From contig QPMI01000255.1 of assembly GCA_004431415.1 (NCBI GenBank), positions 1 to 64,000 of the forward strand: a stretch of 64,000 nt of DNA, written 5' to 3'. The position numbers and the translations under genes are program-made. The notes beneath the pieces were generated by a model. It saw nothing but the letters and a program-made list of their open reading frames with translations. It was not told the DNA's origin and ran no database searches. Each line of letters begins with the position of its first letter. Position 1 is the first letter of the stretch. This document shows, one piece after another, positions 1 through 11,205 of this stretch. This stretch comes from Cyanophora paradoxa CCMP329. Lineage: Eukaryota > Plantae > Glaucophyta.

Positions 1-77
1 ATAGGCCTACTGTGACAGCCGCGAGGGCGTCCGCGAGGCTTCGCCGTACTTAGTGCTCCGCAGGAGCACGGATCTTG

Positions 78-298
78 TCTCAAAACCAAAAACCGACGAT
101 CCTAATTCCTTTTTTAACCTTTTTTTCCACTCGAGATCCCCCCTACTAAATAATTTCCGTGTCGCACTCCCTCGAGGACGAATTATTAATTCTGCCTCGA
201 CACCGACGCGATTGCTCTAGACTACACAGCTGCCCGAACTCCCACACAGCCATTTTTACCGTCCTGGCTCCCCTAAGACGACCGCTCTCCCGTGGGCG
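78..298 (+). mobile_element. Unit A, 3'-truncated (5' 221 bp only)
   Basis: Identical by eye to 8233-8453; stops at CCCGTGGGCG where the next unit begins. Confidence 0.75.
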
Positions 299-362
299 TC
301 AGGCGAAGCCTCTTTCAGGCGAAGCCTCTTTCAGGCGAAGCCTCTTTCAGGCGAAGCCTCTT
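299..362 (+). repeat. Four tandem copies of the 16-mer TCAGGCGAAGCCTCTT (5' terminal hairpin motif)
   Basis: Exact copies at 299, 315, 331, 347; AGGC-GAA-GCCT hairpin; single copy at 5262-5277. Confidence 0.95.
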
Positions 363-949
363 TCTCAAACCCAAAAACCGACGATCTAAATTCCTTTTTT
401 AACCTTTTTTTCCACTCGAGATCCCCCCTGCTAAATAATTTCCGTGTCGCACTCCCTCGAGGCAGAATTATTAATTTTGCCTCGACACAGACGCGATTGC
501 TGCTAGTCACACAGCCACCCGAACCCCCACAGACCTCTCTAGAGCCAATTTTAGCGTCCTGGCTCCCTAAGACGACCGCTCTCCCGTGGGCGTCGCGCGA
601 ATATCGAATATTCCTCTGGATCAATTCCGGTTCTTAACCTCCGACAAATCCAGTCCGAGTCAGAAGGTGGGACCCGGTCCCGCCCGGTCCCGCGACAAAA
701 TCGCGCCAGGAACGCCCCAGAACGATACAGAATGACGCGCGAGGGCGAGCGCATCGCCGCAAACCCGATTTCGCGCGCCGTCGACGCTCCAGTGCGAAGA
801 GTCGGCCGAAAATTTGATCCGGCCGGTTCCGGCCGGTCCCGCGACGCGCGCAATCGATGCGTACGGGCGCGCATAGACATAGCAGCGCCTGCGCACCCCC
901 GAAATCCGCTTTTCGGAGCCGGAAGAGCGCAGGAAGGTACCCGACGGCA

Positions 950-1990
950 AAAATTCGATCCTAGACAGGCCCGGAGATCTTTCCGCGCGCCCGCGCCGCG
1001 GCGCATGCGCGGAACGATAGCATAAGCATTTGAGATGTAGAAGAAGCCTTCCGCACGGTCTCTAAATGCGCCGGGCCGCGAGGACCCAGCCGACCCCGGA
1101 AATTCGATCCTGGACGGACCTGCACAACTTTCCGCGCGCCCTCGCATCCTCACGCGAGCGCATCGCTACAATTTTCAGTTGACTCCTTTTTAAAGCTTTT
1201 CGCAAGCTCTGCAGGCGCGACAGGGCACGAGAACCCAGCCGACGCAAAAATTCGATCCTGGACATACCCGACGGCAAGAATTCGATCCTAGACAGGCCCG
1301 GAGATCTTTCCGCGCGCCCACGCCGCGGCGCATGCGCGGAACGATAGCATATGCATTTTAGATGTAGAAGAAGACTTCCGCACGGTCTCTAAATGCACCA
1401 GGCCGCGAGGACCCAGCCGACCCCGAAAATTCGATCCTGTACGGACCTGAACATCTTTCCGCACGCCCTCGCATTCTCGCGCATGCGCATCGCTACAATA
1501 TTCATTTGAGATTTTATCAAAGCCTTCCACAAGCTTCGAAGACGCGAAAGAGCACGAGAACCCAGCCGACGGCAAAAATTCGATCCTGCACGGACCCGGA
1601 CATCTTTCCGCGCGCCCACGCCGCGGCGCATGCGCGGAACAATAGCATAAGCATTTGAGATGTAGGCAAAGACTTCCGCACGCTTTGCGTATGCGCCGAG
1701 CCGCGAGGACCCAGCCGACCCCGAAAATTCGATCCTGTACGTATACGGACCTGCACAGCTTTCCGCGCGCCCTCGCATCCTCGCGCGTGCGCATCGCTAC
1801 AATAGTAATTTGAGATCTTTGTTAAGCTTTTCGCGAGCTCCGAGGACGCGACAGGGCGCGAGAATCCAGCCGACCCCGAAAATTCGATCCTGCATGGACC
1901 TGCACGTCTTTCCGCGCGCCCTCGCCTCCGCAGCCCCGCACATCGATGCTATATACATTCGATCGCGAGATTCTGTTTAAGCGATTCGCA
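950..1990. repeat. Internal ~150-bp satellite with alternating A/B monomers (also about 2890-3610, 4530-4950, 5865-7920, 8810-9810)
   Basis: Anchor AATTCGATCCT...CTTTCCGCGCGCCC recurs near 952, 1101, 1250, (1278), 1428, 1578, 1727, 1881. A monomers carry GCATTTGAGATGTAG; B monomers carry GCATCGCTACAAT. Confidence 0.9.
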
Positions 1991-2303
1991 AGCTCTGTGC
2001 ATGCGCCTGGCCGCGAGAACCTCGCCCCTCCCGGGCCTCCTTCCCAACAATATTATAATTAATCTCTTCTCAATCTGCTCCACCCTTTAGTTCCTCAGTA
2101 AATTAATATTCCTCTAGCCGGCCAGCGCTAGCTGGACTGGCCGTCAGCCAGCCAGCTTCCAGCCAGCTGCAGAAAGCTGTTCGCGATCGGCCAGGCCGCT
2201 GGCCAGTCGCTGAGTGCCCTATATATATAGGCCTACTGTAACAGCGGCGAGGGCGTCCGCGAGGCTTCGCCGTACTTAGTGCTCCGCAGGAGCACGGATC
2301 TTG

Positions 2304-3936
2304 TCTCAAACCCAAAAACCGCCGAGCGAAATTCCTTTTTTAACCTTTTTTTCCACTCAAGATCCCCCCTGCTAAATAATTTCCGTGTCACACTCCCTCG
2401 AGGCAGAATTATTAATTCTGCCTCGACACGGACGCGATTAATGGACATTACACAGTTGCCCGAACCCCCACAGACCCCTCTAGATCCATTTTTAGCGTCC
2501 TGGCTCCCCTAAGACGACCGCTCGCCCGTGGGCGTCGCGCGAAATCGAATTTCCCTCTGGATCAATTCCGGTACTTAACCTCCGACAAATGCAGTCCGAG
2601 TCAGAAGGTGGGACCCGGTCCCGCCCGGTCCCGCGACGAAATCGCGCCAGAGAGACCCCAGAACGATACAGAATGCCGCGCGAGGGCGAGCGCATCGCCG
2701 CAAGCTCGATTTCAAGCGCCGTCGGCGCTCCAGTGCGAACAGTCGGCCGAAATTTGATCCGGCCGGTTCCGCCCGGTCCCCCGACGCGCGCAATGCATGC
2801 CTACGGGCGCGCATAGACATAGCAGCGCCTGCGCACCCCCGAAATCCGCTTTTCGGAGCCGGAAGAGCGCAGGAAGGTACCCGACGGCAAAAATTCGATC
2901 CTAGACAGGCCCGGAGATCTTTCCGCGCGCCCACGCCGCGGCGCATGCGCGGAGCAATAGTATAAACATTTGAGATGTAGAAGAAGCCTTCCGCACGGTC
3001 TCTAAATGCGCCGGGCCGCGAGGACCCAGCCGACCCCGGAAATTCGATCCTGGACGGACCTGCACAACTTTCCGCGCGCCCTCGCATCCTCACGCGAGCG
3101 CTTCGCTACAATTTTCAGTTGACTCCTTTTTAAAGCTTTTCGCAAGGTCTGCAGGCGCGACACGGCACGAGAACCCAGCCGACGCAAAAATTCGATCCTG
3201 GACATACCCGACGGCAAAAATTCGATCCTAGACAGGCCCGGAGATCTTTCCGCGCGCCACGCCGCGGCGCATGCGCGGAACGATAGCATAAGCATTTGAG
3301 ATGTAGAAGAAGCCTTCCGCACGGTCTCTAAATGCACCAGGCCGCGAGGACCCACCCGACCCCGGAAATTCGATCCTCGACGGACCTGCACAACTTTCCG
3401 CGCGCCCTCGCATCCTCACGCGAGCGCATCGCTACAATTTTCAGTTGACTCCTTTTTAAAGCTTTTCGCAAGCTCTGCAGGCGCGACAGGGCACGAGAAC
3501 CAGCCGACGCAAAAATTCGATCCTGGCCACGCCTGCACATCTTTCCGCACGCGCTCGCCTCCGCAGCCCGCACATCGATCCTATATGCATTCGAGATTCT
3601 GTTTAAGCGATTCGCAAGCTCTGTGCATGCGCCTGGCCGCGAGAACCTTGCCCCTCCCGGGCCTCCCTCTCAACAATATTATATATAATTCATCTCCTCT
3701 AATCTCAACCTGCTCCGGCCTCCCTTTATTTCCTCAGTACATTAATATTCCTCTAGTTATATTCCTCTAGCCGGCCAGCGGTAGCTGGACTGGCCGTCAG
3801 CCGGCCAGCTTCCAACCAGAAAGCTGTTCGCGATCGGCCAGGCCGCTGGCCAGTGCCCTATAGGCCTACTGTGACAGCCGCGAGGGCGTCCGCGAGGCTT
3901 CGCCGTACTTAGTGCTCCGCAGGAGCACGGATCTTG
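2304..3936 (+). mobile_element. Unit C of Helitron-like array (~1.6 kb)
   Basis: TCTCAAACCC start, hairpin plus CTTG end; sequence variant distinct from B. Confidence 0.75.
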
Positions 3937-5261
3937 TCTCAAACCCAAAAACGAACGGGTCCAAATTCCTTTTTTAACCTTTTTTTCCACTCGAGATCCC
4001 CCCTGCTAAATAATTTCCGTGTCGCGACTCCTCGAGGACGAATTATTAATTCTGCCTCGACACGGACGCGATTGCCGCAAATAACACACCTACTCTAACC
4101 CCCACAGACCTCTCTAGATCCATTTTTAGCGTCCTGGCTCCCCTAAGACGACCGCTCTCCCGTGCACGTCGCGCGAATATCGAATTTCCCTCTGGATCGA
4201 TTCCGGTACTTCACCTCCGACAAATGCAGTCCGAGTCACTGAGTCAGAAGGTGGGACCCGGTCCCGCCCGGTCCCGCGACGAAATCGCGCCAGAGACGCC
4301 CCAGAACGATACAGAATGACGGGCGAGGGCGAGCGCATCGCCGCAAGCTCGATTTCGGGCGCCCTCGACGCTGCAGTCCGAACAGTGGGCCGAAATTTGA
4401 TCCTCCCGGTTCCGGCCGGTCCCGCGATGCGCGCAATCGATGCGTACTGGCGCGTATAGACATAGCAGGGCCTGCGCGCCCCCGAAATCCGCTTTTCGGA
4501 GCCGGAACAGCGCAGGAAGGTACCCGACGGCAAAAATTCGATCCCACACGGGCCCGGACATCTTTCCGCGCGCCCACGCCGCGGCGCACGCGCGGAACGA
4601 TAGCATAAGCATTTAAGATGTAGAAGAAGACTTCCGCACGGTCTCTAAATGCACCAGGCCACGAGGACCCAGCCGACCCCGAAAATTCGATCCTTCACGG
4701 ACCTGCACGTCTTTCCGCGCGCCCTCGCATCCTCACGCACGGGCATCGCTACAATATTCATCAGAGATGTTTTAAAATTTTAAAGCCTTTCGCAAGCTCT
4801 GCGGACGCAACAGGGCGCGGCAATCCAGCCGACGCAAAAATTCGATCCTGGCCACGCCTGCACATCTTTCCGCGCGCCCTCGCCTCCGCAGCCCTACACA
4901 TCGATGCTATATGCATTCGAATTCGAGATTCTGTTTAAGCGATTCGCGAGATCTGTGCATGCGCCTGGCCGCGAGAACCTCCCCCCTCCCGGGCCTCCCA
5001 ACAATATTATATAATTAATCTCCTCTCAATCTGCTCCACCCTTTATTTCCTCAGTACATTAATATTCCTCTAGCCGGCCAGCGCTAGCTGGACTGGCCGT
5101 CAGCCAGCCAGCTTCCAGCCAGAAAGCTGTTCGCGATCGGCCAGGCCGCTGGCCAGCCTGCAGCTGGCAGTCGGTGAGTGCCCTGTAGGCCTACTGTGAC
5201 AGCCGCGAGGGCGTCCGCGAGGCTTCGCCGTACTTAGTGCTCCGCAGGAGCACGGATCTTG
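3937..5261 (+). mobile_element. Unit D of Helitron-like array (~1.3 kb, most diverged, fewest internal monomers)
   Basis: Same termini; many substitutions relative to B and C. Confidence 0.75.
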
Positions 5262-8232
5262 TCAGGCGAAGCCTCTTTCTCAAACCCAAAAACCGACGAT
5301 CTAAATTCCTTTTTTAACCTTTTTTTCCACTCGAGATCCCCCCTGCTAAATAATTTCCGTGTCGCACTCCCTCGAGGCAGAATTATTAATTTTGCCTCGA
5401 CACAGACGCGATTGCTGCTAGTCACACAGCCACCCGAACCCCCACAGACCTCTCTAGAGCCAATTTTAGCGTCCTGGCTCCCCTAAGACGACCGCTCTCC
5501 CGTGGGCGTCGCGCGAATATCGAATATTCCTCTGGATCAATTCCGGTTCTTAACCTCCGACAAATCCAGTCCGAGTCAGAAGGTGGGACCCGGTCCCGCC
5601 CGGTCCCGCGACAAAATCGCGCCAGGAACGCCCCAGAACGATACAGAATGACGCGCGAGGGCGAGCGCATCGCCGCAAACCCGATTTCGCGCGCCGTCGA
5701 CGCTCCAGTGCGAAGAGTCGGCCGAAAATTTGATCCGGCCGGTTCCGGCCGGTCCCGCGACGCGCGCAATCGATGCGTACGGGCGCGCATAGACATAGCA
5801 GCGCCTGCGCACCCCCGAAATCCGCTTTTCGGAGCCGGAAGAGCGCAGGAAGGTACCCGACGGCAAAAATTCGATCCTAGACAGGCCCGGAGATCTTTCC
5901 GCGCGCCCGCGCCGCGGCGCATGCGCGGAACGATAGCATAAGCATTTGAGATGTAGAAGAAGCCTTCCGCACGGTCTCTAAATGCGCCGGGCCGCGAGGA
6001 CCCAGCCGACCCCGGAAATTCGATCCTGGACGGACCTGCACAACTTTCCGCGCGCCCTCGCATCCTCACGCGAGCGCATCGCTACAATTTTCAGTTGACT
6101 CCTTTTTAAAGCTTTTCGCAAGCTCTGCAGGCGCGACAGGGCACGAGAACCCAGCCGACGCAAAAATTCGATCCTGGACATACCCGACGGCAAGAATTCG
6201 ATCCTAGACAGGCCCGGAGATCTTTCCGCGCGCCCACGCCGCGGCGCATGCGCGGAACGATAGCATATGCATTTTAGATGTAGAAGAAGACTTCCGCACG
6301 GTCTCTAAATGCACCAGGCCGCGAGGACCCAGCCGACCCCGAAAATTCGATCCTGTACGGACCTGAACATCTTTCCGCACGCCCTCGCATTCTCGCGCAT
6401 GCGCATCGCTACAATATTCATTTGAGATTTTATCAAAGCCTTCCACAAGCTTCGAAGACGCGAAAGAGCACGAGAACCCAGCCGACGGCAAAAATTCGAT
6501 CCTGCACGGACCCGGACATCTTTCCGCGCGCCCACGCCGCGGCGCATGCGCGGAACAATAGCATAAGCATTTGAGATGTAGGCAAAGACTTCCGCACGCT
6601 TTGCGTATGCGCCGAGCCGCGAGGACCCAGCCGACCCCGAAAATTCGATCCTGTACGTATACGGACCTGCACAGCTTTCCGCGCGCCCTCGCATCCTCGC
6701 GCGTGCGCATCGCTACAATAGTAATTTGAGATCTTTGTTAAGCTTTTCGCGAGCTCCGAGGACGCGACAGGGCGCGAGAATCCAGCCGACCCCGAAAATT
6801 CGATCCTGCATGGACCTGCACGTCTTTCCGCGCGCCCTCGCCTCCGCAGCCCCGCACATCGATGCTATATACATTCGATCGCGAGATTCTGTCGACAGGC
6901 CCGGAGATCTTTCCGCGCGCCCGCGCCGCGGCGCATGCGCGGAACGATAGCATAAGCATTTGAGATGTAGAAGAAGCCTTCCGCACGGTCTCTAAATGCG
7001 CCGGGCCGCGAGGACCCAGCCGACCCCGGAAATTCGATCCTGGACGGACCTGCACAACTTTCCGCGCGCCCTCGCATCCTCACGCGAGCGCATCGCTACA
7101 ATTTTCAGTTGACTCCTTTTTAAAGCTTTTCGCAAGCTCTGCAGGCGCGACAGGGCACGAGAACCCAGCCGACGCAAAAATTCGATCCTGGACATACCGA
7201 CGGCAAGAATTCGATCCTAGACAGGCCCGGAGATCTTTCCGCGCGCCCACGCCGCGGCGCATGCGCGGAACGATAGCATATGCATTTTAGATGTAGAAGA
7301 AGACTTCCGCACGGTCTCTAAATGCACCAGGCCGCGAGGACCCAGCCGACCCCGAAAATTCGATCCTGTACGGACCTGAACATCTTTCCGCACGCCCTCG
7401 CATTCTCGCGCATGCGCATCGCTACAATATTCATTTGAGATTTTATCAAAGCCTTCCACAAGCTTCGAAGACGCGAAAGAGCACGAGAACCCAGCCGACG
7501 GCAAAAATTCGATCCTGCACGGACCCGGACATCTTTCCGCGCGCCCACGCCGCGGCGCATGCGCGGAACAATAGCATAAGCATTTGAGATGTAGGCAAAG
7601 ACTTCCGCACGCTTTGCGTATGCGCCGAGCCGCGAGGACCCAGCCGACCCCGAAAATTCGATCCTGTACGTATACGGACCTGCACAGCTTTCCGCGCGCC
7701 CTCGCATCCTCGCGCGTGCGCATCGCTACAATAGTAATTTGAGATCTTTGTTAAGCTTTTCGCGAGCTCCGAGGACGCGACAGGGCGCGAGAATCCAGCC
7801 GACCCCGAAAATTCGATCCTGCATGGACCTGCACGTCTTTCCGCGCGCCCTCGCCTCCGCAGCCCCGCACATCGATGCTATATACATTCGATCGCGAGAT
7901 TCTGTTTAAGCGATTCGCAAGCTCTGTGCATGCGCCTGGCCGCGAGAACCTCGCCCCTCCCGGGCCTCCTTCCCAACAATATTATAATTAATCTCTTCTC
8001 AATCTGCTCCACCCTTTAGTTCCTCAGTAAATTAATATTCCTCTAGCCGGCCAGCGCTAGCTGGACTGGCCGTCAGCCAGCCAGCTTCCAGCCAGCTGCA
8101 GAAAGCTGTTCGCGATCGGCCAGGCCGCTGGCCAGTCGCTGAGTGCCCTATATATATAGGCCTACTGTAACAGCGGCGAGGGCGTCCGCGAGGCTTCGCC
8201 GTACTTAGTGCTCCGCAGGAGCACGGATCTTG
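5262..8232 (+). mobile_element. Unit E (~3.0 kb): near-copy of unit B plus a ~1.0-kb internal duplication
   Basis: One 16-mer at 5262; identical ORF translations at 1288/6204/7217 and 1389/6305/7318; duplication junction near 6893. Confidence 0.8.
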
Positions 8233-11003
8233 TCTCAAAACCAAAAACCGACGATCCTAATTCCTTTTTTAACCTTTTTTTCCACTCGAGATCCCCCCTA
8301 CTAAATAATTTCCGTGTCGCACTCCCTCGAGGACGAATTATTAATTCTGCCTCGACACCGACGCGATTGCTCTAGACTACACAGCTGCCCGAACTCCCAC
8401 ACAGCCATTTTTACCGTCCTGGCTCCCCTAAGACGACCGCTCTCCCGTGGGCGTCGCGCGAATATCGAATTTTCCTCTGGATCAATTCCGATACTTAACC
8501 TCCGACAAACGCAGTCCGAGTCAGAAGGTGGGACCCGGTCCCGCCCGGTCCCGCGACAAAATCGCGCCAGGGACGCCCCAGAACGATACAGAATGACGCG
8601 CGAGGGCGAGCGCATCGCCGCAAACTCGATTTCGCGCGCCGTCGACGCTCCAGTGCGAAGAGTCGGCCGAAAATTTGATCCGGCCGGTTCCGGCCGGTCC
8701 CGCGACGCGCGCAATCGATGCGTACGGGCGCGCATAGACATAGCAGCGCCTGCGCACCCCCGAAATCCGCTTTTCGGAGCCGGAAGAGCGCAGGAAGGTA
8801 CCCGACGGCAAAAATTCGATCCTAGACAGGCCCGGAGATCTTTCCGCGCGCCCACGCCGCGGCGCATGCGCGGAACGATAGCATAAGCATTTGAGATGTA
8901 GAAGAAGCCTTCCGCACGGTCTCTAAATGCGCCGGGCCGCGAGGACCCAGCCGACCCCGGAAATTCGATCCTGGACGGACCTGCACAACTTTCCGCGCGC
9001 CCTCGCATCCTCACGCGAGCGCATCGCTACAATTTTCAGTTGACTCCTTTTTAAAGCTTTTCGCAAGCTCTGCAGGCGCGACAGGGCACGAGAACCCAGC
9101 CGACGCAAAAATTCGATCCTGGACAGGCCCGGGCATCTTTCCGCGCGCCAACGCCGCGGCGCATGCGCGGAACAATAGCATAAGCATTTGAGATGTAGAA
9201 GAAGAGTTCCGCACGCTTTACAGATGCGCCGGACCGCGGGGACCCAGCCGACCCCGAAAATTCGATCCTTCACGGACCTGCACGTCTTTCCGCGCGCCCT
9301 CGCATCCTCACGCGAGCGCATCGCTACAATATTCATTTGAGATTTTATCAAAGCCTTCCACAAGCTTCGAAGACGCGAAAGAGCACGAGAACCCAGCCGA
9401 TAGCAAAGTCTCGATCCTGCACGGGCCCGGACATCTTTCCGCGCGCCCACGCCGCGGTGCATGCGCGGAACAATAGCATAAGCATTTGAGATGTAGAAGA
9501 AGCTTTCCGCACGCTTTACAGATGCGCCGGGCCGCGGGGACCCAGCCGACCCCGAAAATTCGATCCTTCACGGACCTGCACATCTTTCCGCGCGCCCTCG
9601 CATACTCGCGCATGCGCATCGCTACAATACTCATTTGAGATCTTTTTAAAGCTTTCCGCAACCTCTGTGGGCGCGACAGGGCACAAGAACGCAGCCGACG
9701 CAAAAATTCGATCCTGAACGGGCCTGCACAGCTTTCCGCGCGCCCTCGCCTCCGCAGCCCTCCACATTGATGCTTTATGCATTCGAGATTCTGTTTAAGC
9801 GATTCGCGAGCTCTAGATCTGCGCATGCGCCTAGGCCTGCAGCTGGCTGCGAGAACATCGCCCCTCCCGGGCCTCCCCCCCAACAATATATTAATATTAA
9901 ATTAATCTCCTCTCAATCTGCTCCACCAGTTGTTTTGCCGTCACCTCCATCAGATGCTTCATCGATGTTAGTTAGGAGCACTGGCCCCCTCCACCTTCCA
10001 GTTCCTCGTGTATTCCATGCCTTCCCTGTACCTTTGATTCCGTTCCCTTTGTCGTTAGCTCTGCCTCTTCCTCCTCCATCTCTCACTGTTAGCCCTCAGG
10101 CAGTTCCGCCTCTTTATCTTCAGCGACCGTCAGACCGTATAGTTTTTGGCAGCGAGTATTTTGTGTATGGTGACGTTCCTCGTGTGTACCCTTCTCTCTC
10201 TTCTACTTCGCTATATTTGCCTCTCCCGCCTGGTTCAGCCCCATCGTCTGCCTTCCCTGTCACTACTGGCTTGCGTTTCGCCCCTCCTCTTATACTGCCG
10301 ATTCCGAGTCTGCACCCGAGCTCTGCCCCTTTCCTCGTGTCGTCCCCAGTTCCTCAGATTAGTCTTCAGCCGTCCATTGTTTTACCAACTCTACAATCTC
10401 GATTCCGTTTAGACACTCCGCCAGCTTCGACTTTCCCCTCTAGTGGTGTCCTACGTTTCGCCTCTCCTACTGTTCTACCGCCTTTGCCTCCTGCGACTAC
10501 GTCTTCTAGTTCTGCTGTTAGCTCTGTCTTGTCGTCTTCGTCTAGATCTTCGTCTTCGACTGTAGTTCCTCGTGCTCGTTCTCCTTATTTGCTGCGTCCC
10601 CGTGCTCCTCGTCGTTCTAGTGTGACTAGTACTTCTGCATCGACGCCCTTGAGCTCTTCTACTCCTTCTCCTCGTGCTCGTTCTCCTTATCTTTTGCGTT
10701 CTTCTGATCGTGTCCCTTCTCGTGATCCCTCTTGATTCTGTATATATTTTGTGCTAGTTTACTGTATCTTTGATTTGTGATTGCTTTGTTGTCTTTAATA
10801 TCACTACCTACGGGGGGTTCGCCCCACCGTAGTCTCTCAAAAAAAAAATGCTCCACCAGTTAAAAGCAAGCGTTACCGGTCCAACTCATCCCCTAATTAA
10901 TTATAGCTGGGCGGGGCTGCAGCTGGCCGCGCCTGCTGTGACAGCCGCGAGGGCGTCCGCGAGGCTTCGCCGTACTTAGTGCTCCGCAGGAGCACGGATC
11001 TTG
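8233..11003 (+). mobile_element. Unit F (terminal unit), interrupted by a retroposed insert
   Basis: Same termini; ends GGATCTTG|TAACG at 11003. Confidence 0.75.
9932..10848 (+). mobile_element. 5'-truncated retroposed element (non-LTR type) with poly(A) tail and 13-bp TSD
   Basis: TGCTCCACCAGTT at 9919-9931 and 10849-10861; A10 at 10839-10848; stem-loop CTACGG-GGGG-TTCG-CCCC-A-CCGTAG at 10808-10832; Pro/Ser-rich open frame to TGA at 10735; C/T-rich composition unlike the flanks. Confidence 0.85.
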
Positions 11004-11205
11004 TAACGACATAATTTGGGAGCGTCATAATTCCTGGGCGCTATACAAAATTACCGCGCTCCATACAAAATGATACAATTTGATACAAACCTCGAATTTC
11101 ATAGCGACATAATTTGGGAGCGTCATATTTCACGCACGGGAGACGTCGGGAGTCCAGGTTTTATAAACGACATCACAGATGGCGTCATATTTAAGTGTTA
11201 CACGG
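11004..11205. mobile_element. Right arm of a Tc1/mariner-type MITE (orphan TIR) with three subterminal repeats
   Basis: Ends GTGTTACACGG|TA (reverse complement TA|CCGTGTAACAC, 10/11 match to the TIR at 12767); CGACATAATTTGGGAGCGTCATA at 11007 and 11106, degenerate copy at 11168. Confidence 0.55.

Larger units (their letters stand above)
299..2303 (+). mobile_element. Unit B of Helitron-like array (~2.0 kb)
   Basis: 5' TCAG motif, internal ~150-bp repeats, 3' hairpin plus CTTG at 2303. Confidence 0.75.
1..11003 (+). mobile_element. Tandem head-to-tail array of non-autonomous Helitron-like (rolling-circle) elements; continues upstream of the window
   Basis: The same 3' end (GAGGCTTCGCCGTACTTA-GTGCTCC-GCA-GGAGCAC-GGATCTTG) ends at 77, 2303, 3936, 5261, 8232 and 11003. 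The first five are followed directly by a TC-starting 5' end; the last is followed by T of unrelated flank. Hairpin lies 8 nt from the end; no TSD; no Rep/helicase ORF. Confidence 0.75.

Noticed and set aside
299-362. CRISPR-like repeats
   Set aside because: 16-bp units abut with no spacers; no cas genes; eukaryotic context.
159-9886. Many Arg-rich ORFs in the repeat array
   Set aside because: They recur with the repeat, overlap in all frames, are broken by indels between copies and show no domain motifs; no Rep or helicase.
9767-10735. 322-aa ORF as a host gene
   Set aside because: Its start lies in the satellite and it crosses the TSD; only the part from 9932 belongs to the insert.
1-11003. 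rDNA spacer, 5S or snRNA tandem array
   Set aside because: No recognisable rRNA, tRNA or snRNA sequence; the sharp hairpin-CTTG end fits a transposon better.
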